DNA of 44,448 bases from a virus, in the UHGV virus genome UHGV-1376603, one strand, 5' to 3'. A program made the position numbers and the translations under genes. The notes under the pieces were generated by a model. It saw only the letters and a list, made by a program, of their open reading frames with translations, was not told the origin of the DNA and did not search any database. How positions within the stretch are numbered: position 1 is the stretch's first letter; every line of letters begins with the position of its first letter. Below are positions 8,869 to 20,119 of this stretch, piece by piece.

Positions 8869-9198
8869 TACTGTTTTGCATGGATATGAACCAATCAATT
8901 TAGGAGCATCCATACTGTTCTGTAGCAGTTGAACATTGAGCCAAGATTTGCCATCCCGCTTGATGAATTGAAATCCGTAATTATTTCCATCACGGGAAGG
9001 CATTATACCCATATCCCATTTGGCATTTGATTCGTCACCTTTCTTTCCGAGATATTTAACCTTTTGACTGGTAACCAATTCTCCATTGATTCTTACCAGA
9101 CCCTCAGAATCGTTAATAGTTAGCTTGTAACCGCCACATTGGATGGCAGAAAGTGCCGGTGCAGAAAATAAAGCGATCAATATCAATAATTTTTTCAC
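8866..9198 (-). CDS. Secreted/periplasmic 110-aa protein with signal peptide (moron-like) inside the baseplate operon
   Basis: N-terminus MKKLLILIALFSAPALSA. GTG start overlapping the TGA of the hub gene (GTGA). Confidence 0.5.
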   Translation of the reverse strand: MKKLLILIALFSAPALSAIQCGGYKLTINDSEGLVRINGELVTSQKVKYLGKKGDESNAKWDMGIMPSRDGNNYGFQFIKRDGKSWLNVQLLQNSMDAPKLIGSYPCKTV

Positions 9199-10262
9199 CC
9201 AGCGCCTCTCTCCAGTGCTGATTGAGTTTTTAGATCCATCGCGCCACGCGCTTCACACATCATATCCATGTACCACGCCTGGCCCCTTGTGTCGCCAGTG
9301 TACATAATGCCACGGACAATATAAACGCCGTCAGTCGCAATACTGGCAGGCTGCGCAGTCGTGCCTTCAATGGTGATGTTTCCGTTGTTGTTCTGGTCAG
9401 TGATACGCCCTTGGGTCATGGCGATATCGTTATTCCCCAGTACGGTACGGAATACAGAAGCCTGATTCAGCTCGATCAGGCCATTAACGCGGATATTAGG
9501 GTTAATCAGGCAACGGACGTTAACGCCGCTACCAATGGTCTGCTGAGGCATACCCACAAGGCCGGTGGCGCTGTTCAGCTTAATGGCTTCGTGAACAACC
9601 TCATTTTTCGCCACCATTTCCCGCTTACCGTCGACAAACATCCAGTCAGCCTTGCATTGCTCGGCGACGTTATCCATCAGATGCCGGGTCATACCAAAAA
9701 GCACCCTGCCGCGAGGAAACACCGTTGCAGGCATTGCAGGGGTATTCCCTTCCGTGGCCCCGTTAGCGTTGAAGTCCTTCATGAGCACTGCATTGACGTC
9801 AGAGACCGTATAGCCAGCCGCCAGCGTCTGCGCAGTGATCGAGGTGGCGAATGCCCGATCAGAATCAGCCGCCTGAATGAGGACAAAGCTATCAACGGGG
9901 TTATCTTTCCCTGTGATGGTGTACCGGATTTCCCCGTCGAAAATCAGCCCATAATTTCGACCATCCATCTGCTCGACTTCATCGGGGTTTACTGTCCTGG
10001 CGACGCCTACCTGGCTGGCGGGAACGTCAGCTGCAATCCCATCGTAACCAGCGATAACCCTAATCCGGGAGAATTCCTCTCCGACGATCCGGTTTACGGT
10101 ATCAGCTGAAAGGTTATAGATTTTGAAAGTACCTACTCGCGTTTCGCTGCTGAGGTTAAACCAGTCGATAGTAAAAGTGACCTTGAAGCCACCAAAATCA
10201 GTAGCGTTACCCTTCGAATCGACTAACTGCAATTCGAAGTGCCGCATCCAGTTCTGAGACAT
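9195..10262 (-). CDS. Baseplate hub protein (Mu gp44/P-like)
   Basis: 355 aa. Position between tape-measure-proximal genes and the spike. Conserved phage tail protein features. Confidence 0.55.
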   Translation of the reverse strand: MSQNWMRHFELQLVDSKGNATDFGGFKVTFTIDWFNLSSETRVGTFKIYNLSADTVNRIVGEEFSRIRVIAGYDGIAADVPASQVGVARTVNPDEVEQMDGRNYGLIFDGEIRYTITGKDNPVDSFVLIQAADSDRAFATSITAQTLAAGYTVSDVNAVLMKDFNANGATEGNTPAMPATVFPRGRVLFGMTRHLMDNVAEQCKADWMFVDGKREMVAKNEVVHEAIKLNSATGLVGMPQQTIGSGVNVRCLINPNIRVNGLIELNQASVFRTVLGNNDIAMTQGRITDQNNNGNITIEGTTAQPASIATDGVYIVRGIMYTGDTRGQAWYMDMMCEARGAMDLKTQSALERGAG

Positions 10263-10264
10263 TT

Positions 10265-10567
10265 TTACTCCGTTACCGCATAAAGATGGCTATAAATCCC
10301 CAGATCTGCCTCAGTGGGATTTTCGCTGGACTGGTTGTCGCAACCAACATAAAGCGAAAAGCCAAGCCCGAGATAGCGATACTGCGCCAGCAGGTCGGCG
10401 CCGGTGATAAGCGGGATCCCCTTTATCAGGTCAGCACCGCTGCTATCCATAATATCCAGACACCAGAAAGCAGCACGCCAGGTCACAGCCATTTGCAGAC
10501 TTTGACCTGCCACAGATATGGAGAATCGCTGGTTTTCCGGGGAAAGAGGGATTTCGCTGATCGTCAT
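10265..10567 (-). CDS. Tail/baseplate assembly protein (100 aa)
   Basis: ORF in the tail operon between the 192-aa gene and the hub gene. Confidence 0.4.
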   Translation of the reverse strand: MTISEIPLSPENQRFSISVAGQSLQMAVTWRAAFWCLDIMDSSGADLIKGIPLITGADLLAQYRYLGLGFSLYVGCDNQSSENPTEADLGIYSHLYAVTE

Positions 10568-11146
10568 TTACCCTCCCGCTACAAAGCCACTTAACCGGCT
10601 CAATATTGATTCATTTTTTTGAACTGGCGTTTTCACCCCGGAGTTTTGCACAGCTGAGGTGTTCGCTCCTAACTTCATATTGGACTTTGGAGCCACCTGC
10701 GTGGTGGTTGTGCTTGTGATAATCACTTCCCGGAGCGTCAGCACGGCAGAGAGAATATTTTCCGACGTCCTGTCAGTAGTGACCTCAAGCGCACGGATCA
10801 GCATATTGGTGTAAATCCGCTTACCGGTCACCACATCTAAAGGCACCCTGCTGCTCTGCAGATTTAACAGCTCCTGATAAGTCTCCTTCGGGCCAATACC
10901 TACGCTCAGCCCAAGAGAAGACGTATCTACAAAGTCAAGCAAGGAACCGCCACCAGCGAAACCGACCTGCATTACCACTTCCGAAGGACGTCGAAATGCA
11001 TGGTCGGAAATTGCTGCGCCGACCTCTACGGGATGCTCGGTTATTTCAAGCGAGTCATCGTGCTTTTCCGAAATAACAACACTGGGGACTATCAGCCCGA
11101 TCCGCCTGCTCTGCTGCTGAAAGAGAGTAGAAAGAATATCCATCAT
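10568..11146 (-). CDS. Tail protein, DNA-circulation N-terminal-domain-like (Mu gp43-like position)
   Basis: 192-aa ORF immediately downstream of the tape measure gene. Stop-start coupled. Confidence 0.4.
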   Translation of the reverse strand: MMDILSTLFQQQSRRIGLIVPSVVISEKHDDSLEITEHPVEVGAAISDHAFRRPSEVVMQVGFAGGGSLLDFVDTSSLGLSVGIGPKETYQELLNLQSSRVPLDVVTGKRIYTNMLIRALEVTTDRTSENILSAVLTLREVIITSTTTTQVAPKSNMKLGANTSAVQNSGVKTPVQKNESILSRLSGFVAGG

Positions 11147-13065
11147 CCTGCTCCAGTTTGGTTATTTCTCAGCACCCTGGCATTAGCATCAAGCTGGCGG
11201 CGACTGACTTCCTGCCCAATTTCCTGAGCATTACCGCCATAGATGTTGTAGGTGTTTTGCTGGTTCACCTGCGCTCCAGCAGCCTGATGGGCAAGCGGGC
11301 TATTCCAGTTCGAATACCCCTCTTTGCGGGCCATAGACTGCATGAGAATAGCCATCGTATTGGGGTCGGACAGGTTTAATGCTGCCGTCGGCGATACACC
11401 CATCCAGCCAGCAACATCACGGGCATATTTGGCAGGATCGTTGTTATCGGCCGCAGGTGCCCAGGTGCTGACGATATCCATGATAGTCTGCAGGCGGCGC
11501 CCGGTCGTTTTACCAGTAAAGTACCGCATGAGCTGGTTTTTCATGGCCTCCCAGCCTTCCAGCGCAGAACCAAACGCACGAAAGCCTACACCGCCTACGG
11601 GCCGAATATTGCCGGGATTGTTGTTGCGATCGGCAAGCGTGTTCTGCTCATGCTGATACCAGCCGCCATCACTGAAACGGGATTTAACCTCCTCCCAAAA
11701 TCCCAGAACTTTACCTCGCGCATTGACTGCGCTACTGGTTACACCAGGAAGGGCGTCAGGTTGATCGCTGCCTTGCTTGAGAAGAGCCTTTCCAATACTT
11801 GCAGCATCCGACCAGCGACCGTCCTTGATAGCGTTAAGCAGGTCGCCGATCATACTCAGCATCTTGCTAAACTCACCCATCTGGGTAATGAAGTTGCTGA
11901 AATCCCATTTTAAAGACCAGGATTTAGGGTCGATATTGAGCAACTTTGCCAGCGCTTTTCCGAGATCGAGGACAGTCTGTTTCAGGTCACCGACCATTTT
12001 CAGTGCTGCGTCTACTTCCGGCTTCCATTTCCCCCAGTCAATGAGGCTCTTACCGCCCTCCTTCCAGGTCTGGTAATCCTCCCATAGCAAAGCGATGGCC
12101 GCGGCAAGACCGAGAACCCACGTAATCGGCGATGCGAGCATAGCGCGGTTGAGCATCCACCACGCTGCGGTTAGCGCTCCAATAAGTTCGATCAGCTGCT
12201 GCGACTGCTTATCAAGAGAGTCCCACCAGTCGCTGATACTCTGACCCAACTGGATGAGGCGGTAAATTACCCTGCCTACCATCTCACCAGCCCAGAGAAT
12301 TCCTTTCACGGTACCGGTTATTGCGCCTTCAATTTTCGGGAAGTTTTCCAGTATCTGGCGACGCAGCCTGTCGAGAGAACCAGCAAGGCCATCAGCGAGA
12401 CTGGAGCCTATTTTATCCCGCGCCATGCCTGCCATCAGCCCAAAGGAGCGCAGCGAGGTCATGAATTTATTAGAGCTGACGGCGGCCGCATCGGCGTTAT
12501 AGCCGATCGCCTTCGCCATCGCGGTGTATTCGCCACTAAACTGGCCGATACCGCGACGCATTGCCATCAGAGTGTTTTCATCCAGACCCAGCATCTGAGC
12601 GTATTGGTTCGCGCGGTAATACGGCATGCTGCTAAGACGCTGGCCGACGCCGGTAAAGATCGTCGCCATATCCCGCATGTTGCCGCTGGCATCACGCGTT
12701 TGAACCCCCAGCCGGTTCAGGAAACCCTCAGCGCCGGGATTGTTACGCATGAACCTGGCAAGATTTTCGAGAGAGCCGCGGGCCCCGTCGACACTGCCGC
12801 CAACCTGACTAACCGCATACCCAATCTGCTTAATGCCCTCCACCGTCGCGCCTGTGCGCTGAGAGGCCCAGTACAGGTCGTCGAGACCGCTGGCAATTTT
12901 CGCGGTGAATGCAACGACGGAAAGCGCCGCCGCCTCAACTTTGACGCCCAGTTCAATCGCTTTAAGCGTTGTCCCGGCAACGACGGCATCGAATTTTCTG
13001 GCGCCAGCCTCATCAACTTTGAACCCAAGCGAGATCAGAAAGTCCTTGAGCGTTTCAGCGTTCAT
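11143..13065 (-). CDS. Tail tape measure protein
   Basis: 640 aa, Ala/Gly-rich helical composition with an internal hydrophobic segment. Located after the chaperone pair. Confidence 0.75.
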   Translation of the reverse strand: MNAETLKDFLISLGFKVDEAGARKFDAVVAGTTLKAIELGVKVEAAALSVVAFTAKIASGLDDLYWASQRTGATVEGIKQIGYAVSQVGGSVDGARGSLENLARFMRNNPGAEGFLNRLGVQTRDASGNMRDMATIFTGVGQRLSSMPYYRANQYAQMLGLDENTLMAMRRGIGQFSGEYTAMAKAIGYNADAAAVSSNKFMTSLRSFGLMAGMARDKIGSSLADGLAGSLDRLRRQILENFPKIEGAITGTVKGILWAGEMVGRVIYRLIQLGQSISDWWDSLDKQSQQLIELIGALTAAWWMLNRAMLASPITWVLGLAAAIALLWEDYQTWKEGGKSLIDWGKWKPEVDAALKMVGDLKQTVLDLGKALAKLLNIDPKSWSLKWDFSNFITQMGEFSKMLSMIGDLLNAIKDGRWSDAASIGKALLKQGSDQPDALPGVTSSAVNARGKVLGFWEEVKSRFSDGGWYQHEQNTLADRNNNPGNIRPVGGVGFRAFGSALEGWEAMKNQLMRYFTGKTTGRRLQTIMDIVSTWAPAADNNDPAKYARDVAGWMGVSPTAALNLSDPNTMAILMQSMARKEGYSNWNSPLAHQAAGAQVNQQNTYNIYGGNAQEIGQEVSRRQLDANARVLRNNQTGAG

Positions 13066-13396
13066 TAGCCTCTCTCCATTTCGCTATACGGTTTTCGTTA
13101 TCGGCTTTCAGGTCCAGCCAGTCATTCAAACGGGCAATATCAGCCAGATCGACTGATCCATCTTTCAGGGCGGTGTAAGAGATGAGCCCGGCATCCACCG
13201 GGCGCATCAGGAAATCCTCACCTTCTGGCATGGATTCGAGGACAGGACCTATGGCTGGGTAGGCGTCCCGCTGCCGGGGAGTTCTTTCAAAAAATTTCCC
13301 AGGCTGTCGGCGACCACCCGCGCCACCAGCTGCAGCATCGTGAACAGGTCGATATCGTCGAACATCAGCGCGCCCTGATCGAAAATTTTCACCCAC
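13055..13396 (-). CDS. -1 frameshift extension of the tail assembly chaperone (GT-like product)
   Basis: The overlapping -1 frame is open. The slippery heptamer T_TTT_TTG (plus-strand complement 13288..13294) sits about 11 codons before the G stop. The extension ends 11 nt inside the TMP start. Confidence 0.6.
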   Translation of the reverse strand: MGENFRSGRADVRRYRPVHDAAAGGAGGRRQPGKFFERTPRQRDAYPAIGPVLESMPEGEDFLMRPVDAGLISYTALKDGSVDLADIARLNDWLDLKADNENRIAKWREANER

Positions 13397-13698
13397 CCTT
13401 TTTCATGCTGGCGCATAACAACGCCCAGGCACGGATGAATCACCGCGTTAACGTCCTCTTCAGGCAGAGCTGCCAGCGTATCGGCAATCTTCGGCAAAAC
13501 GATATCCAGAGCGTCGAACGCCCTTTTCTCACCGAAAACCAGTTTGCCCTCGCTGTCTCTGACCATCATGGATTTCAGCGTGCCAAAGTCAGAAACCAGC
13601 CCGGCCAGCACCGGCAGCAGTTTGCGGCTTACCTTCAACTGCTGGAAAACATCGAGCTTGGCGGTGCGGTATTTAACGCCTTTGATTTCAAATTCCAT
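13249..13698 (-). CDS. Tail assembly chaperone (G-like)
   Basis: 149 aa between the tube and tape measure genes. Ends just after the slippery site. Confidence 0.65.
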   Translation of the reverse strand: MEFEIKGVKYRTAKLDVFQQLKVSRKLLPVLAGLVSDFGTLKSMMVRDSEGKLVFGEKRAFDALDIVLPKIADTLAALPEEDVNAVIHPCLGVVMRQHEKGWVKIFDQGALMFDDIDLFTMLQLVARVVADSLGNFLKELPGSGTPTQP

Positions 13699-13701
13699 CT
13701 G

Positions 13702-14142
13702 TTAAAACTCCCCGAGCAGTTGATCAATCTTGCCGCAGTCAAAGACCCAGGAAACCGTATTGCCGACTTTGGCGTTAGCGTGATCGGGTTGCTTCTGGAA
13801 AGCACAAGAACGCGCTGTAGTGGTATCACCTGATACTTTGTTGCGAATGACGATGACGTTATTGCCCCACGTCGCCGAGGACAGGCTCTGTGCGTTGTAC
13901 ATCAGCGAGAGCTTTTTGTTTACCGGGGAGGTTTTCAGCAAAGTTACCGTGATAGTGCCGCTCTTTCCGGCGTGCAGGCTGTGCATCACCTCGCCATCGG
14001 CGCCAATGGTCATGGTGTTTTTGGCCTCTGTCATTGTGACAGTAATGCCCTCTTCGGCGTTCGCTGAGCCGTAGCCAAGCTCAACTAACCCGGTAGGCCC
14101 TGCGAGAGAGGCCGAAACATCAAGAAACGAATACGTAGACAT
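13702..14142 (-). CDS. Tail tube protein
   Basis: 146 aa directly downstream of the sheath gene. Beta-rich. Confidence 0.65.
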   Translation of the reverse strand: MSTYSFLDVSASLAGPTGLVELGYGSANAEEGITVTMTEAKNTMTIGADGEVMHSLHAGKSGTITVTLLKTSPVNKKLSLMYNAQSLSSATWGNNVIVIRNKVSGDTTTARSCAFQKQPDHANAKVGNTVSWVFDCGKIDQLLGEF

Positions 14143-14152
14143 CTATGGCTCC

Positions 14153-15304
14153 TTAGCGCACGACCGTGATTGCGACGGTGCCGTAATGAACGGCTCCGGC
14201 CAGTTTCCCGGCAACCTGAATTGGCACACCTTTCCGCGCTTCGCGATCGACCTGAAGCTGGTCATCAACGTTTTCTGCCCAGGTGTAATAGCCCTTCGTC
14301 AGCATATCGCCGGTATTGAGCTGGCCAAGCGGGCCACCAGTCCATTTACCCGGCGCAAAGAGACCGTTTTGCACGGCCTTATCGAGCACCAGCTCAATGT
14401 TGGCGATACGGGTTGTGGTACCGGCGTCGGTCTGGGGGATTTTGGTTGTGCTCGTATAGAGCGTGTTGTAGTCAGCCGTCTGCACGGCGTTCTGCAACCA
14501 GTCGAGGCCATGGCGCTCGTCGAAGAAATCGCCGTTTGCCATAACGCCTTGCTCAAGAATCGCTGTATCGTTTTCGTAGTACACGTAAACGTTGCAGTTC
14601 TTCGCTTCCAGGTTGTTAGCTTGCGAGGTACCCAGGGTTTCGTAGGTAACGCCCGGCAGCTGTTTAAACTTGAGGGTGATCGTCGTGTTGCTTCCAGTGA
14701 AGTCAACAGTGAACGCACGCGCAAACGAGGACAGCGCAGCATAGCGACTGCTGGTCGAATACTGGATAAAGGTACGGCTGTATTTCGCTACTTTCAGCTT
14801 TGAAGCCAGATCCGTCGTGGTAGCCGCGTCAAGAATCGTTGAATCAGCCGAGGTAACGCCAAAGATGCGGGATACGCTCGCGGCTTCGATAGCCGCCGCA
14901 ACACTGATAATGTCGGTGTCGGAAGGATAATCAGCTACCGGCACGGCAAGATGAAGGCCATACCATGAATTCCAGTCCAGCAAAGCGTTAACCGCCTGCA
15001 GGAGGCTTTCTGCGCTGCCTGTTTCGCCAGTGGCCAGCGTTTTCGCCCAGCGACCGACATACACAAGAGTCGGCTGCGGTTGCTGGGAGAACCAGATAAC
15101 AGCCGCCGCATATTCCTGGCTGTCTACACCAAAGTCATCGCCGATATCATCAGCGCTGGAGTAAAGGCGCAGCCGCTCAGAAATCGGAATAACAGTTGAG
15201 TCGCCCAGGATGAGCATTGAGCCAAAATTGCGCCCCTGCGCGGCCCGAGCAGAAAGCGTCACCGTCACGTTAGCGATACGGTTAAGGGGAAGCCCTTTTT
15301 CCAT
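14153..15304 (-). CDS. Tail sheath protein
   Basis: 383 aa. Sheath-tube-chaperone-TMP order. Confidence 0.7.
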   Translation of the reverse strand: MEKGLPLNRIANVTVTLSARAAQGRNFGSMLILGDSTVIPISERLRLYSSADDIGDDFGVDSQEYAAAVIWFSQQPQPTLVYVGRWAKTLATGETGSAESLLQAVNALLDWNSWYGLHLAVPVADYPSDTDIISVAAAIEAASVSRIFGVTSADSTILDAATTTDLASKLKVAKYSRTFIQYSTSSRYAALSSFARAFTVDFTGSNTTITLKFKQLPGVTYETLGTSQANNLEAKNCNVYVYYENDTAILEQGVMANGDFFDERHGLDWLQNAVQTADYNTLYTSTTKIPQTDAGTTTRIANIELVLDKAVQNGLFAPGKWTGGPLGQLNTGDMLTKGYYTWAENVDDQLQVDREARKGVPIQVAGKLAGAVHYGTVAITVVR

Positions 15305-15305
15305 T

Positions 15306-15857
15306 TTAGTCTCCGGTAACTATCGTGACGTTAGGGTCAACGACAGATTTAACGTTGTAGGTACGGGTGTTTTTGCGGGAAAGGGTCACGGCAAGGTCAT
15401 ACCGGCGCACCCACTGGTTGTTGATCAATTCGGGGAGGTTTCGTATATCATCAGCGCTCACCAGCGACAAACCTGAGATTCGTCGCAACGTATCTGCGTT
15501 TTGATCTACAAACATTCCGTCACGAAACCGCGTGGCCATCCCGGAACCGCCGGGGCCATAGAAACAGAAAAGCACCTGGATGCTCTCCCATGACCATTGT
15601 TCGCTCTGATCTTCGCTTACCTGGACATTTGCAGGAGTGCCGGGACGTAAGAGCGTGGAGAAGTTAAACCCACACCACGTCTCACCGTTCGGTGGTATTT
15701 TGGACTGTGGATCGGTAAACCGGGGCAATACCAGGTTAACCGCAATCCCTGTCACGCCTCTTACCCAGCGACTTAGTTGCTTTTCCAGCTCCTTATCGTA
15801 CTCAGGAGCATCCCCGACGGGGGTAAGATACCCAGGCTCTGTACTGTCGTTACTCAA
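15306..15857 (-). CDS. Virion structural protein (neck/tail terminator region), probable TTG start
   Basis: TTG at 15857 overlaps the TAA of the upstream gene (TTGAGTAA) with GGAGG 7 nt upstream. The ATG-initiated track ORF (to 15938) overlaps the upstream gene by 89 nt. Confidence 0.45.
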   Translation of the reverse strand: MSNDSTEPGYLTPVGDAPEYDKELEKQLSRWVRGVTGIAVNLVLPRFTDPQSKIPPNGETWCGFNFSTLLRPGTPANVQVSEDQSEQWSWESIQVLFCFYGPGGSGMATRFRDGMFVDQNADTLRRISGLSLVSADDIRNLPELINNQWVRRYDLAVTLSRKNTRTYNVKSVVDPNVTIVTGD

Positions 15858-16253
15858 CGGGAATCCCTCCGTTAAACTCCAGCAGCTCGCAATGTGCCTG
15901 CACGAACCCGGCACCGTAACGGGTGTACGGATCGACAAAGGTCACGCGGTACCGTCTGCCGCTGTATAAAACGATATCAGCGTCGAGTTCTGGCGTTGAG
16001 TCACTGGCAGGCATCCCCTGAGTTAGCCTGAACTGGGTAACGATGAGGATGGCGCCATTGATGTTTTGCCCGGCGGCCATTCGCTTAGCCTCAAGCGAGC
16101 GGTCGACGGTTACGACACCAGAGAACGGAATAGCCTGCGCGGTATTGGTCGGAAAATTATCTTCGTCCACCGTCTGCACCTGCCGATAACACACCAGAGA
16201 CAGGTCGACAAAGTCCGGGTCAAGCAGAACATCAGTCACATCGAGAAACGGCA

Positions 16254-16254
<1 letters not shown>
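15850..16254 (-). CDS. Head-tail joining / tail completion protein (134 aa)
   Basis: Position in the connector gene block. Confidence 0.45.
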
Positions 16255-17435
<1,181 letters not shown>

Positions 17436-17465
17436 TCAGGAGCGGCCCTTTCGGGCCGCCGCAGG

Positions 17466-18407
17466 TTAGATGCCGTCGACGTAGGCCAGAGTTTCCGGAT
17501 AAACCGGCTCTACTGCACCCAGCTTGCCGTAATAGGTTACGAGCTGATACAGGCCGCGATACTGGATCGGCACGCTCATCAGCGGAACCATCGGGAAGCG
17601 AACGTATTTCTTGTCGTTGGTGTAGAACATCATGCGATCAGAGTTCGACACGCCACGACCTTTCGCCCATTTCACCGGACGGATGTTCAGAGGACGCCCG
17701 TTCTGGTGGTATGCGATGGTGTTGGTTTCCAGATAGGTCAGCAGTGACTGGTTACCAGCGCTGGATACGATGGTGCTTGCCAGCAGAGAGAACTGCTCCG
17801 GCGGGATCAGCAGGTCCGTCGGTACCATGGAGTAAGCAGAGTTGGCCCACGCTGCACTCAGCCCGGCATTAATGCTCGCCCGGATTTCGTCAGCGGTGGA
17901 GGTCGCCCAGGTCTTCGCTGCGTTGGTCGGCGTTACCTGCGTCAGGTTCATCAGGCCTTTAACGTTCAGACCGGAATCGCCGATATAAACCTGCTCGTCC
18001 GTGTCCATGTTCCACTTCAGCTGCATGCCGTCGTACTTCTGCGTGTCGATCGGGCGACCGACCTGTGCAGCGGCCTGCAATTCAGGAACGGTCCAGCCAA
18101 GCTCCATACCCCACAGTGTGAGCGGGAAGCCAGTTTTTGCGATGTCGACGTTAAGTCCAGCCATCGCGGTCGCGGCTTTGCTCAGCCAGTTTTTACCGTT
18201 GGCGTTCGGTGTACCGGCAGCGGCAAAGGTGGTGTTAGTGAACGAGCTGATCTCGTCAGCAATAGACACGTCTTCACGCAACTGGATATCGCGCGACCAG
18301 GTGTAATTCACCAGCGGCAGATTCAGTGTCTGATCGAGACGCTCCAGCTCATGGACAAGAAAGGCACCAGTGCCGTCGACTGTCGCCTGGTCAAATGTCA
18401 TTGGCAT
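17466..18407 (-). CDS. Major capsid protein (Mu gpT-like family)
   Basis: 313 aa following the protease/scaffold and decoration-like genes. Typical capsid composition. Confidence 0.7.
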   Translation of the reverse strand: MPMTFDQATVDGTGAFLVHELERLDQTLNLPLVNYTWSRDIQLREDVSIADEISSFTNTTFAAAGTPNANGKNWLSKAATAMAGLNVDIAKTGFPLTLWGMELGWTVPELQAAAQVGRPIDTQKYDGMQLKWNMDTDEQVYIGDSGLNVKGLMNLTQVTPTNAAKTWATSTADEIRASINAGLSAAWANSAYSMVPTDLLIPPEQFSLLASTIVSSAGNQSLLTYLETNTIAYHQNGRPLNIRPVKWAKGRGVSNSDRMMFYTNDKKYVRFPMVPLMSVPIQYRGLYQLVTYYGKLGAVEPVYPETLAYVDGI

Positions 18408-18418
18408 TTGCGATTTCC

Positions 18419-18913
18419 TTAAATATTGAAGGCCAGCTCAATGTTGCCGCTGGTGTCGCCAGGGCCATTGAAGTAAGCGTTAGTGATCTGGACGGTATTC
18501 GAGCCATCAGCGGCGGCAAGGAACGCGCCGAGAGGGCTTGAGGCGGATGGTGTGGCCACTCGCATGTAGACCGGGCCATGCAGCGCAACGCTGGATGCAT
18601 CCGCGCCGATGTTTACCGTGACGTAACCACGTACCAGGCAATCGCCGGTGAAGTTTTTACCGCTGCCTACCTGCTGGACTTTATCCGGCTGGCTGGCGGT
18701 CGGATACGGACGAACGTAAATGCCTACCAGCACCGACGCTGTATCACTCGCAGCGATTGGCACAAATTTCCCGGAGGAAATCTTGCCGCCAAGACCGTAA
18801 GCGGGGAAAAGGTTGGAGGAGTCCAGCAGTTGAGGTTCAACCGTCAGATCCTGCGGACGAGAAATTGCCCCGGCGATGCCCGCTGGCATCCGGTAAAGAA
18901 ATGTATTACCCAT
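18419..18913 (-). CDS. Head decoration / capsid cement-like protein
   Basis: 164-aa beta-rich ORF between the scaffold/protease and major capsid genes. Confidence 0.45.
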   Translation of the reverse strand: MGNTFLYRMPAGIAGAISRPQDLTVEPQLLDSSNLFPAYGLGGKISSGKFVPIAASDTASVLVGIYVRPYPTASQPDKVQQVGSGKNFTGDCLVRGYVTVNIGADASSVALHGPVYMRVATPSASSPLGAFLAAADGSNTVQITNAYFNGPGDTSGNIELAFNI

Positions 18914-18916
18914 TGG

Positions 18917-20119
18917 TTAGCCTCGTTTAGACCAGAATTCCTGCGCGGCCTGATTCATACCGGCAATGGTTTTAACAGTGGTGGCAGTCTGCGTTTGCAG
19001 GCTGTCGACGGTTTTGGTATTGCGGTTTTTCGCCAGCTCAGAAACAGCCGTGAAAGCCATATCTACCGTGGCTTTTTTCAGCTTGCTGATATCGGCATCA
19101 CCGACAATAGAGCGCACCAGAGATTGATCGGCAGAGGCGAGCACCTGACGCTTGAATGCTGTCGGCTTCGCCTTCTCTGGCAATTGGATGCCTGGCTGAA
19201 TCAGATCGGCACGGTAAGCGGCGTCGCCGGTAACCTTACCCTCTTCTTCCTTTTTCTCCTCTTCGTCCTCGGCATCGCCGGTACCAGGAGCAGCTGCCGC
19301 AGGCGTGAGTTTGGCAACTGCCTCAATCAGCGCCTTACCCCATGCAGGAATTTCTTCCTCGCCATCGCCGGTACCAGGCAATGCCGGGCCGGGAAGCGGA
19401 TTTTGCGGCGCAAGGTTAATGACTACGCCGCCGGGTGTCATAGAGGTCGATACATCGTTATCGCCCGTGACATCATCAGGCGGGTTATCAATGAGACTTG
19501 CCATTTCGGCAGCGTCCCCGGTTTTACGGGCCTTCAGGAGCCGGGTAAACCAGTTTTTAGTAGTGCTTGGCATAGAATCCCCTATTGCACAACGGAAACC
19601 GGCCCGCCCGTTAGGGACAAGGGCCAGATGGTTAGCGGTAATCGCAGATTGCTTTGCGAGACCAGGTGAAATTTGTTCGTAATCGGCGTCGTACCCGCAG
19701 CTGACCTCGTCATCACCATCATCAATGGCCTGCAGGGCTTCCGGAGTTTTGACGATGACATCAGCCAGCAGCAGATCGGTTTTATCGTCCGTGCCACGTC
19801 GTACGTTCTGGATGTGCCCGTGAGCCAGCTGGCGCCAGTTATCAGGGGTAACAAAGATGATCTGCCCGTCAAAATCTCGCGGATGGCCGATAGTGACTGC
19901 CATGCCTTCAAATGACGCCATGGCTCGCTCGCTGAACACCTCTTCTGGCATCCGGCGTACGATGACCTTCCCTCTGTCGTTTGGGACAAGCTCAGGCCGC
20001 TCTGTGGCGTCGTACTCCTGCTCACCAGTCCTTGCGATCGGGACGTCCTTAAACAGGACTGACCCATCAGCAAGTTGAAAGCGGGTATTACCCAGGCGGG
20101 TTTTAAAGAAATATTTCAT
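18917..20119 (-). CDS. Prohead protease/scaffold fusion (Mu gpI-like, DUF2213)
   Basis: 400 aa. N-terminal protease-like region. Acidic Gly/Glu-rich central linker with PGTGDGEEE / [11 protein letters not shown] repeats, the second of which is about 60% Glu in a 10-aa window. Helical C-terminal scaffold part. Confidence 0.6.
   Translation of the reverse strand: MKYFFKTRLGNTRFQLADGSVLFKDVPIARTGEQEYDATERPELVPNDRGKVIVRRMPEEVFSERAMASFEGMAVTIGHPRDFDGQIIFVTPDNWRQLAHGHIQNVRRGTDDKTDLLLADVIVKTPEALQAIDDGDDEVSCGYDADYEQISPGLAKQSAITANHLALVPNGRAGFRCAIGDSMPSTTKNWFTRLLKARKTGDAAEMASLIDNPPDDVTGDNDVSTSMTPGGVVINLAPQNPLPGPALPGTGDGEEEIPAWGKALIEAVAKLTPAAAAPGTGDAEDEEEKKEEEGKVTGDAAYRADLIQPGIQLPEKAKPTAFKRQVLASADQSLVRSIVGDADISKLKKATVDMAFTAVSELAKNRNTKTVDSLQTQTATTVKTIAGMNQAAQEFWSKRG

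Noticed and set aside
9411-10109. 232-aa plus-strand ORF inside the baseplate hub gene
   Set aside because: Antisense to a well-supported structural gene. His/Arg-rich composition typical of the wrong strand.
19260-19380. 17-bp direct repeat CATCGCCGGTACCAGG (two copies 90 bp apart)
   Set aside because: Lies in the acidic linker of the protease/scaffold gene and encodes the repeated PGTGDGEEE / [11 protein letters not shown] peptide. It is a coding repeat, not a regulatory element.
18578-19669. 363-aa plus-strand ORF
   Set aside because: Entirely antisense to the decoration and protease/scaffold genes, which have coherent gene-order support. Composition is Arg/Cys/Gly-rich as expected for reverse-frame readout of GC-rich coding DNA.
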